Source: Nitrosopumilus sp.
GTDB taxonomy: Archaea > Thermoproteota > Nitrososphaeria > Nitrososphaerales > Nitrosopumilaceae
Direction of reading: 5' to 3'
NCBI GenBank assembly: GCA_965207075.1
Contig: CBDBLO010000002.1
Span: 224,001-288,000, forward strand
DNA length: 64,000 nt
In this document: positions 10,120-18,155 of the stretch, one piece after another
Numbering within the stretch: position 1 is the stretch's first letter
Layout: every line of letters begins with the position of its first letter
Made by a program: the position numbers and the translations under genes
Notes under the pieces: model-generated
What the model was told of the DNA's origin: nothing
What the model saw: the letters and a program-made list of their open reading frames with translations, nothing else
Databases searched by the model: none

Positions 10120-10923
10120 GTGCCTAGGATAGCGGTGTTCGACTCGGGGCTGGGCTCGCTGTCTATAGTCAGGGAGCTACGCAGGGTCGCCAGAAGCGGG
10201 GGCGGGACGGCCGAGATCATATACTATGCGGACACGGCCAGCTTTCCGTACGGTTCAAAGCCGAGGGCGGAGCTGGGGCGCATAGTAAGCAGGACGATAT
10301 CGGGCCTGCGCGGCCGGTTTGCGCCCGACGCCGTCGTGATTGCCTCAAACACGCCCTGCCTGGCGCTGGACATACGGGACGGACGCGATAACGGCATGCT
10401 GGTGGCCGGGGTGAGGCCGCCGCTTGCCGAGGCCGCCCGGCTGTCCGGCACGGGAAGGATAGGGATACTCGGGACGGCGTCCGGAATACGCGGGGCGGGG
10501 CTGTCGCGGATGATACGGGAATACAGGGCGGCCGCGCGCAGGGCCCCCCGGTTCTTCCGGATCGACGGCTCGGAGCTTGTCCGCATGGTGGAGACCGGCC
10601 TGTTCCTGAGGGACGCCGCGGCGTGCAGGGCGGCCGCGCGCCGAATACTGGATCCCGTGATATCAGGATATGGCATCGACGTAGTCACGCTCTCAAGCAC
10701 GCACCTGCCGTTTCTGGCCGGCATTCTGGGGTCGGAGTATCCCGGCGTGCAGTTTGTAAACCCCGCGCACAATGTGGCAAAGGCGGTGCTTGGCGCGTGT
10801 CCGGACGGGACGCGCGGCAAGAACTCCCTGAGGATATACGCGTCAGGCGATTACGCCGCGTTGCAGGACAACCTACAGAGGCTGCGCGTGCGCAGGAAGG
10901 TCAGGCCGCTCCTGCTGCAGTAA
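10120..10923 (+). CDS. Glutamate racemase (MurI)-like protein with both catalytic Cys replaced by Ser
   Basis: FDSGLGSLS, YADTASFPYG, ASNT (canonical ACNT), SSTH (canonical GCTH). Confidence 0.85.
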   Translation: MPRIAVFDSGLGSLSIVRELRRVARSGGGTAEIIYYADTASFPYGSKPRAELGRIVSRTISGLRGRFAPDAVVIASNTPCLALDIRDGRDNGMLVAGVRPPLAEAARLSGTGRIGILGTASGIRGAGLSRMIREYRAAARRAPRFFRIDGSELVRMVETGLFLRDAAACRAAARRILDPVISGYGIDVVTLSSTHLPFLAGILGSEYPGVQFVNPAHNVAKAVLGACPDGTRGKNSLRIYASGDYAALQDNLQRLRVRRKVRPLLLQ

Positions 10924-11003
10924 CCGGATGGGGCTGCGCGTGCGCGTGGCGGCAAGATGCGCTGGCGCCGTCCCCGACCTAGCGCCGACGCCACACCCTA
11001 GAG

Positions 11004-11798
11004 CTAGTCGTCCCCCTTGTCTGGAACGCTTGCCTTCCTGTACCCGTGGCTGAACTCTTTGTCGTACAGCCTCGAGTATTCGTACGACTCCGGGTTCAGC
11101 ACGCCCCCTATCATTATGATTGCCGTCTTTGTTATGCGCGCGTCCCTGACCTTCTGCTCGATGTCCTCCAGGGTTCCCTTGATCACCTTCTCGTCGTCCC
11201 AGCTGGCCCTGTATATGACGGCCGCCGGCGTGGTGTCCCCGTACCCGCCCTTCTTGGCCTCTGAGACGATCTCCCTTATGAGGTGCACGCTCAGGTAGAA
11301 TATCATGGTGGCCCCGTGCCTTGCCAGCCCCGCTATGCTCTCTGCCTCCGGCACCTTTGTGCGGGACTCTGCCCTCGTGATTATGATGGTCTGCGTGACT
11401 CCGGGCAGCGTGAGCTGCGTGCCCAGGGCGGCCGACGACGCCAGGAACGACGTTACGCCGGGCACCACCACCGACCTTATGCCCCTCTTTGCAAGCTCGT
11501 CGATCTGCTCCCTGATGGCGCCGTATATGGCCGGGTCGCCGTCGTGCAGGCGCAGCACTGTCTTTTTCCCGTCTTCTGAGGCGCCCCTGTACAGGATCTC
11601 GGATATCTCCTCCCTGACCAGCCCCGACGCGTCGTGCAGCTCCGCGTTCTTGCCCGCCATTGCAATTATGGGCTCCGGGATGAGCGATCCCGAGTACACG
11701 ATGACGTCCGCGTCTTGTATGAGCCTCTTGGCCTTTAGGGTGACGAGCTCCGGGTCGCCGGGGCCGCATCCTACAAAGTATACAGTGTTTTCAGGCAC
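11004..11798 (-). CDS. cbiF: Precorrin-4 C11-methyltransferase
   Basis: GPGDPELVT, RLHDGDPAIYGAIREQ, LTLPGVTQTII, SRLYD..FSHGYR. Confidence 0.95.
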   Translation of the reverse strand: MPENTVYFVGCGPGDPELVTLKAKRLIQDADVIVYSGSLIPEPIIAMAGKNAELHDASGLVREEISEILYRGASEDGKKTVLRLHDGDPAIYGAIREQIDELAKRGIRSVVVPGVTSFLASSAALGTQLTLPGVTQTIIITRAESRTKVPEAESIAGLARHGATMIFYLSVHLIREIVSEAKKGGYGDTTPAAVIYRASWDDEKVIKGTLEDIEQKVRDARITKTAIIMIGGVLNPESYEYSRLYDKEFSHGYRKASVPDKGDD

Positions 11799-12531
11799 GC
11801 TTTACCACCAGAATTGAAAAGTATTTTGAGCCCAGGCTCTCCTCGCTGACCTCGCCGAGCGTCATCTTCTGTATCACCTCCTGGTCGGTGCCCAGGGACT
11901 GGCCTATCGCGAAGAGCGAGTCGTCGCCGAACCCCGACTCGCGCAGCACGTCTATGACCTGGTCAAAGTACCTGCCGTCCTTGAGGAATATCATCGACTC
12001 CGCGTACCTGGCGATCTCTCTGACGCCGGCCAGGTCGTAGCACGAGGGTATTATGGCGACCTTTTCTGCGCCCTCCGCTATGCTGACGCCCACCTTTGAG
12101 GCAAACGTGAACATGGACACTATCCCCGGTATGACGGATATCTCCATATCGGGGTGCTCTGAGCTGAGGTGCCTGTGCATGTAGATCCACGTGCTGTAAA
12201 GGTACGGGTCGCCCACCGTCAGGTATACTATGTTTCTGCCCGTGGCGACCTTTTGGGCCATGATGTCGGCGTTGCGCCTCCAAGTCTCCTCCAGCACGTC
12301 GCGGTCCTTTGTCATGGGAAAGATCAGCTTTGTTATCTCCTGCCTTGACTCGTCCACGAGGTGGGACACCACCGACAGCGCTATGCTGGGCCTGTCCTCT
12401 GCAGACGCGGGGCACATTATGGCGTCCGCTCCCTCTATGGCCTTCACGGCCTTCACGGTCAGCAGGTCCGCGTCGCCGGGGCCGACGCCTATCCCAGTCA
12501 GGCTTCCCTTCATGGTTGGACTATCCGGCAT
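11791..12531 (-). CDS. cbiL: Precorrin-2 C20-methyltransferase
   Basis: GIGVGPGDADLLTVKA, FPMTKD, TVGDPYLYST, YFSIL. Confidence 0.93.
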   Translation of the reverse strand: MPDSPTMKGSLTGIGVGPGDADLLTVKAVKAIEGADAIMCPASAEDRPSIALSVVSHLVDESRQEITKLIFPMTKDRDVLEETWRRNADIMAQKVATGRNIVYLTVGDPYLYSTWIYMHRHLSSEHPDMEISVIPGIVSMFTFASKVGVSIAEGAEKVAIIPSCYDLAGVREIARYAESMIFLKDGRYFDQVIDVLRESGFGDDSLFAIGQSLGTDQEVIQKMTLGEVSEESLGSKYFSILVVKRA

Positions 12532-12863
12532 GATCCTATAAGTCTAGGCCGCCGCCCTACGTTGTCCGGTACCAGCATCCAGTAGAACACGGCAGACGCA
12601 AGCCCGCACGTGTCCAGAACCGCCACGTTGCGCGACGACATGAAGAAGCCGGACGGTGCGGCTTCATGTGATGTGGGGCATTATGAAAAACGACACCAGA
12701 TCCGAGAGATACGTCAACTATAACAAACACTATTACAGGTTTTGGAGCTTGTCTTACATTAGCGCGTTGATTGATCGCGTTGTCAAGGATCAAAGCATGG
12801 AATAAATCAGGGACGGTGTTGTCTCAATCGCAGTGATCGTGCTGCCGAACAAGGTTTTTTCTC

Positions 12864-13247
12864 ATGAATAAAATAACTTTGTTAGGGATGAGTGCTGTTG
12901 TCGTAGTACTCGCCTCATGGTATGTTTACCTGAATCTTGCGCCATCGGACGAAGAAGTCCGGATGGCCATGATTGACGAGTTCCGGGAACACGAAATCTA
13001 CAAGAAATTCAAGTCAATGTATCCTAATTCCACCGAATCCTATGCCTTGTATGAAAGCCCGGCCCTTGAAGTAAAACAATCAGACAACCATAACAATACG
13101 TTGAGTTTGATGATCCTCAAGGGTGATGACATACATCCATATTATTATTCGGTGATTTGTAGTACTGACAGGTGGCTAAAACCGCAGGGAGTTCCGTTTG
13201 AAGCGGCATTTGATTTCTTGGATGATAACGACTGCTTGCAGGATTGA
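12864..13247 (+). CDS. Membrane-anchored hypothetical protein (paralog of 15083..15577)
   Basis: N-terminal TM, low GC, shares H..Y..F...YP...E and F..DF....DCL pattern with the ORF at 15083. Confidence 0.75.
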   Translation: MNKITLLGMSAVVVVLASWYVYLNLAPSDEEVRMAMIDEFREHEIYKKFKSMYPNSTESYALYESPALEVKQSDNHNNTLSLMILKGDDIHPYYYSVICSTDRWLKPQGVPFEAAFDFLDDNDCLQD

Positions 13248-13255
13248 TAGTTATT

Positions 13256-14931
13256 AGACAATATGCGTAATTAAAGAAAAAATTCACACAGGCATGCATA
13301 ATGACCACATGCCGGGGCAATTTGCGAAGTTTTTTGGAATTAATTACATGTGTGTGAGTGCAACGTGGGCCGCGAATTAATCATGGCGCCAAAAATGCCG
13401 GAAAAATACGTGACATGCAATTAATTACGGCAACTGCGGCCGCGGAAAAAACCCGGGCAAGAGCCGGCCTTTTCCGCGATGTGTTCTGGGTGGCTGCCGC
13501 CGGCGGCAGGCTGCCGCCGGCCCCGCGTTAGCGGCCCTTCCCGCCGCCGCCTAGGACGGACTGCCAGTGGCCGTAGGTGCCGTTTCGGAGCATGAGCCTC
13601 GCGTTGGCAAGCCCGCATGCGACGTTGAACTCGGTGTTGAAGTCCTCGAGGGTCCCCTCGTATACGGAGGATACGCGCCGGTAGTGCTTGACGGACGCGA
13701 TGGCGTTCTCCACTACGACCCTCTCCTTGGACAGCCTTTTGTTGTGCGCCTTCTGCTTCTTGGTGAGCTGCCCGCCCCTCGGCTTTCTTATCGGGGTCAC
13801 CACCTCGGCGCCCGGCAGGTCCTTGTCCAGCCCCTGGAACCCGGAGTCCCCGAGCACGCGGAGCGCCATCCTGCCCGCCCCCTTGGGCAGGTCCGCCCCG
13901 AGCACGTCCTCCGCGAACGACCCCAGGTCGCCGAGGAACTCCCGGGTTATCGTAATGTCGTGCACGCTGCCCTGGAGCGTGCGGCTGATCGCGATCACCA
14001 TGCCGTCTGGCATGGTCATGACCACGGTGTTGCCGGTGTACGCCTTCTTCTTGCCCGAGTACATGGCGTCGCGCACCTCCTTGTCCCCCGCCCTGACGAA
14101 CCGGACGTGGGTGCCGTCAAGCAGTATGGTGTCGGCCCCGGCGCCCCCGGGGAACAGTGCGGCGAACTCCCTTGGCGAGTGGACGTGCCGCAGGATGTCC
14201 ATGAACCTGTGCGGGGCGGGCAGCATGGTGGCAAGTATGCGGTCCGCGACCCTGACGTACCTGCACACGGCGGCCTGGTCGATGCCGAAGATGACGCCCA
14301 ACTGGTCCTGGCAGTTGTTGCGGTATTTGCGTGTCAGGTCTAGCAGCAGCACGTACGCGGGATGGAGCGCGCACCGGTTGCCCGGCTCCGACGCCCTGAC
14401 CGGGTCGTCGCGTACGAGCGGAACGTTCCTGATATAGTCCTCGTACGCGTCCGCGGCCGGGCGCGGGCCCCTCTTCCCTGCGCGCGCCTTTTCGTACTGG
14501 CGCCGCCTCTCGATCTCCTCGGCCTCCATGGCCTCCCACCCCGCCGCAAAGGCGCGGTACAGCATCCCGAACTCTTTACTGCTGTACCCGGTCATCGCGT
14601 GCAGCTTTGCATCGGACGCCAGCACTCTTCTCATATTCGCAAGACACAGTTCCGTGTCTCCGGCGCTTTCCAGCAGGGTTGAATCATCAACGACGGGCAC
14701 GTCAGACAGCCAGTCCTTTTCTTCCTTGTCGTCGCTGACGCAGAAATATTGATCATCATTTTTCCCCTTGGCCTTCCCCGCGGCCTTTAACATCCGCATT
14801 CCCATGCCGCATTATCGCGGGAGTTTGTTTATAGATCTTTTGATTGAGATCACTTAACCCGTTTTCCGGGCAGATCCTAGGCACGAAAATGTTTATGTTC
14901 ATTAAAAATATGCCGATTACGCATATTGTCT
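13256..14931 (-). mobile_element. Complete IS5-family element (ISL2/Harbinger-like group), 1676 bp
   Basis: Perfect 16-bp TIRs AGACAATATGCGTAAT (13256-13271) and ATTACGCATATTGTCT (14916-14931); ATT on both flanks (13253-13255, 14932-14934). Confidence 0.92.
13528..14805 (-). CDS. IS5-family DDE transposase (HTH plus DDE_Tnp_4-like domain)
   Basis: LLDGTH, YSGKKK, GSVHD, LGDSGFQG, RVVVENAI motifs; intact frame. Confidence 0.93.
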   Translation of the reverse strand: MGMRMLKAAGKAKGKNDDQYFCVSDDKEEKDWLSDVPVVDDSTLLESAGDTELCLANMRRVLASDAKLHAMTGYSSKEFGMLYRAFAAGWEAMEAEEIERRRQYEKARAGKRGPRPAADAYEDYIRNVPLVRDDPVRASEPGNRCALHPAYVLLLDLTRKYRNNCQDQLGVIFGIDQAAVCRYVRVADRILATMLPAPHRFMDILRHVHSPREFAALFPGGAGADTILLDGTHVRFVRAGDKEVRDAMYSGKKKAYTGNTVVMTMPDGMVIAISRTLQGSVHDITITREFLGDLGSFAEDVLGADLPKGAGRMALRVLGDSGFQGLDKDLPGAEVVTPIRKPRGGQLTKKQKAHNKRLSKERVVVENAIASVKHYRRVSSVYEGTLEDFNTEFNVACGLANARLMLRNGTYGHWQSVLGGGGKGR

Positions 14932-15082
14932 ATTTTGTAACCTGACGTCCCTGTGGGTCGGGGAGGACGCATGTGGAAGCGGCATCTCCATAATGTCACT
15001 TTTGTCACGATCCGCAAGCGGAGGGTTATGCGAGAGCAGTTTTGGAACAGACGTTATATACTCACGGAAGACCATTCGTGCC

Positions 15083-15577
15083 ATGGAACGCCTGCCAAGG
15101 TTTGCGCTGTATCTGGCCATAGGCGTAGGCATAACTATCTTCGCCTTGTTCTTGGTTTCGGTACTGCCATTCATAATTGAAGACTCTTGGGACAGGTGGA
15201 AGAGGCTGGATAGAATGGATATGTCGCCAGACGAGATATACTCTAAGATGAGCGCGCACCCGGCATACTTGGCAATGTACGAGGTGTATCCGGACGCAAA
15301 AGAAGAGTTTGTGTATCGCGACAGGGGGGACGCAAATCTTCAGGTAGGCGTAATGAGCTTTGATACACAAAACCAGTTGATGCTAGACTTGGACTACTCC
15401 CCATACCAAGACAGGATAAGAGCGTACGTTTACTGCAATGTGGGCGAGTATCATCGCGAAATGGACGCGGACGGACTCTTTGCCGAGGACTTTATCCGGA
15501 ACACTGACTGCCTGGGGGCTGCCGGCACCGGAGACGGCAGCAAGCAAGCAACGGTCGAACTCAGGGCGGCAGAATGA
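15083..15577 (+). CDS. Membrane-anchored hypothetical protein (paralog of 12864..13247)
   Basis: Likely ATG at 15083 (MERLPRF...), TM helix, HPAYLAMYEVYPDAKEE, FAEDFIRNTDCL. Confidence 0.75.
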   Translation: MERLPRFALYLAIGVGITIFALFLVSVLPFIIEDSWDRWKRLDRMDMSPDEIYSKMSAHPAYLAMYEVYPDAKEEFVYRDRGDANLQVGVMSFDTQNQLMLDLDYSPYQDRIRAYVYCNVGEYHREMDADGLFAEDFIRNTDCLGAAGTGDGSKQATVELRAAE

Positions 15578-15741
15578 AGGCAAGTTACAAGATCGCAGTT
15601 TCGGCTACGGTATCTGCTGTCTTCTCGTTATACCTGTTCATGGTGGCAAACTGGTACTCCCCGTGCATGAGGGCATTCCCTGCCAGTGCCCCGAGATCAT
15701 CAAGCACAGTTTTGGGCACGACTTTGGAGTATAGGAAATGA
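15574..15741 (+). CDS. 55-aa hydrophobic microprotein (not in ORF track)
   Basis: MKASYKIAVSATVSAVFSLYLFMVANWYSPC...; ATGA overlaps with both neighbours. Confidence 0.55.
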   Translation: MKASYKIAVSATVSAVFSLYLFMVANWYSPCMRAFPASAPRSSSTVLGTTLEYRK

Positions 15742-16019
15742 TAAACAGGCTTTTGATAGCTGGGATCGGACTGCTTGCGTTTGGACTCGCGAACTTTTTC
15801 AGATACCTGCCAATTACATACAGTCCCTCGTTCTGGAACAAACCATTTCCGTTTGAGCGTCTCTACAACGTAGTGGCCACTGAGGGCAGGGGCATTAGAT
15901 ATCAAATTGGGTATATGCCATTGGATGAGGCTGCAATTGACCCTTACTGGCTGTTTTGGTCGATGGCGCTTTATGCAGGAATCGTGATAACCGGTTTTGC
16001 GGTTTGGAGCAGAAGATGA
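15738..16019 (+). CDS. Small two-TM membrane protein
   Basis: 93 aa, hydrophobic ends, ATGA coupling on both sides. Confidence 0.65.
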   Translation: MINRLLIAGIGLLAFGLANFFRYLPITYSPSFWNKPFPFERLYNVVATEGRGIRYQIGYMPLDEAAIDPYWLFWSMALYAGIVITGFAVWSRR

Positions 16020-16516
16020 ACATTCCGAACCTCAAAAAAAGAATCGTGATTCTGGTAATCGCGGCTGTGTCCTATATCGTGCCAGTCTGGATTCCGCTTG
16101 TCTCAATATTCCTCCCTCTTGATTTTTTCCACTTTCCATACATGTTTTCTCTGATGCGAATCTCGGTTCTTTTGATTCTGGTTTACGGGGCCTTTGCATG
16201 GGTCAGGCCCTCCCTTGTTCCCCCCTACCTTGCAAAAAAGATCATAGTTGCAATGATGTGCGGGATTGTAATAGCGGCGATGTTACCGTATGGCGCGCTT
16301 ATGTTAGAACCGGTTGGGGCTTGCACCGTTATCCGATATGTCGTCGATGAGGTAGTCACTATGACCGACGGGCAGTCAACGGAGCGTGCCTGCATCGATA
16401 ATTGTCTTGGGGCAGGGTCGGCGCGTTACAATGATGTCTCCTGTGAGTTTGAAGGAGCTGACAGGTCATGGTCAGAGACCCCCCAGTCCCTCCTTGGACT
16501 CACGCCTGCTGAATAA
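16016..16516 (+). CDS. Multi-TM protein with Cys-containing C-terminal domain
   Basis: Start MNIPNLKK at 16016 overlaps previous stop; 3 TM then four Cys. Confidence 0.68.
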   Translation: MNIPNLKKRIVILVIAAVSYIVPVWIPLVSIFLPLDFFHFPYMFSLMRISVLLILVYGAFAWVRPSLVPPYLAKKIIVAMMCGIVIAAMLPYGALMLEPVGACTVIRYVVDEVVTMTDGQSTERACIDNCLGAGSARYNDVSCEFEGADRSWSETPQSLLGLTPAE

Positions 16517-16688
16517 AGTAGTCCACATCGTGCCGGCGCTCTGTTCTTTGGGTGCGCTTGGGTATCGCAGTACTCACAGCACGAACTCGCCGGTGGCTAC
16601 CGTGGCTGTGCCTTGAGCCATACCGGCCGCATATCCGCAGTACGAACAGCGCCCTGCCGCCCCCGTCGGCTGCCGCTACCCGGCGCCG

Positions 16689-17381
16689 TCACCCCCCGCG
16701 CGTCGCCGATATTACGGTCACGGGGTTCCTTGCAAGCATCATGGTGCCCGTGGAGGTCTTCCGGCTCTTTGATATGGTCACCTGGGTTATGTCGACGTCC
16801 TCAAATGGCATCCCGCCTATGATCCCCAGGACCGCGTGCAGGGTCTCGATCAGTATGGTGCTGATCACGATGCGTCCCCCGGGCGCCAGCATGCGCGAGC
16901 ACCTCTCCACGATCTCCGCGGTGTCGCCGCCGGTTCCGCCGATTATAATGGCGTCGTACGGTGACGTGTGAGGCGGCGAACCGTCCGCCCCGCCACCGGT
17001 TCCGCCAAGCACGTCCAGGGCGTCCCCGTGTACCACGTCGGCGTACCCCCGCACGCCGAACCGTTCTAGGTTCCTCTCGGTCAGCGCGACGGCCTCCCCG
17101 TCGCGGTCTATTGCAGTTACGAGGCCGCTTCCGGCTGCACGGATCGCGGCCTCCACCGTTATGGAGCCGGAGCCGCATCCGACGTCCAGTATGTGATCCC
17201 CGCCTTTGAGCCTGGCCTTGCTGATTATGATTGCGCGCACCTCCTCCTTTGTGATCGGCACGGAGTCCGACCTCTCAAAGTATTCGTCCGGAATCCCGGG
17301 CACGTCGGAGCGCCATTTCGAGGGGTTGAGTGGTTTTTTCGTAGCGCCGCCGCCGCCCTTCCCACTAGAGGTTGATCCCAC
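16689..17381 (-). CDS. cbiT: Cobalt-precorrin-6B C15-methyltransferase (decarboxylating)
   Basis: PGIPDEYF, PITKEEVR, DVGCGSGSITVE, MMLARNPV. Confidence 0.93.
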   Translation of the reverse strand: MGSTSSGKGGGGATKKPLNPSKWRSDVPGIPDEYFERSDSVPITKEEVRAIIISKARLKGGDHILDVGCGSGSITVEAAIRAAGSGLVTAIDRDGEAVALTERNLERFGVRGYADVVHGDALDVLGGTGGGADGSPPHTSPYDAIIIGGTGGDTAEIVERCSRMLAPGGRIVISTILIETLHAVLGIIGGMPFEDVDITQVTISKSRKTSTGTMMLARNPVTVISATRGG

Positions 17382-17898
17382 TCTGAACCCTCTCCAGGTT
17401 GACCAGCGTGTAGGACACTATCCATACGAACAGGTACAGGAACACGTAGCTTCCCAGCCCCTGCGTCACTATCTTCTTCCTGTCCGAGGAGGGCAGCTGC
17501 ATCTTCATGCCCTTTGCGACGAATACAGTCCCGATGAACAGTATTATCATGAACGCGATGGACGCCCACCTTCTGTCCTCGCCCTCTATGTCGGCAAAGA
17601 CGAACGTCGCGGCCGTACCCGCCGCTACCGCGAGCGTCACGCGCATCCAGAACAGCAGGTTGAGCTTGCGCTCCTTTTCGCTCCTCTGGAGCTCCGACTC
17701 GGGGGGTGGTTCCGGCGCCTTTGCATCCTCGCCGCCGTCGGTGGGCGCCGACGATGCGGGCTTTGCGGCCGCGGGGGGTGGCTCCGACTCTGCGCCGTCT
17801 ACCACGTCGTCCTTTGCAGGCGGTTCCGCCTGCCTGTCACTCCGGCCGCCCCCAGAACCCGAAGTCGGCTTTGACTTTCTCTTCTTGAACCTGGCCAA
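17365..17898 (-). CDS. Three-TM membrane protein, EMC6/Rab5ip-like, with low-complexity N-terminus
   Basis: Likely TTG start at 17898 (ARFKKRK); LFWMR...AG; GLGSY..L..FVWIVSYTL pattern. Confidence 0.6.
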   Translation of the reverse strand: MARFKKRKSKPTSGSGGGRSDRQAEPPAKDDVVDGAESEPPPAAAKPASSAPTDGGEDAKAPEPPPESELQRSEKERKLNLLFWMRVTLAVAAGTAATFVFADIEGEDRRWASIAFMIILFIGTVFVAKGMKMQLPSSDRKKIVTQGLGSYVFLYLFVWIVSYTLVNLERVQSGINL

Positions 17899-18155
17899 GG
17901 AATTTCTAGCCTGCTTTGGGGCCGCCTCGTTTAATACCTTTGGTAGACGATTCCGGCAGTCGTTTAGCCCTCGTGCACCGTTCTCCCCCCTCCCCCCCCC
18001 TCTGTGATGGCCGTATGCGTGGACGGTGGCCGGTCTGGTAGCCGGCGTGTCGGGATATCTGTGGATTGGGAGGAGACGCACCCGCATATCGGTGCAGTCG
18101 GCAGTACCAAGAAGCGCAAAGGAGTTTAATCCTAGGGTGGGGAGGCCACACCATT

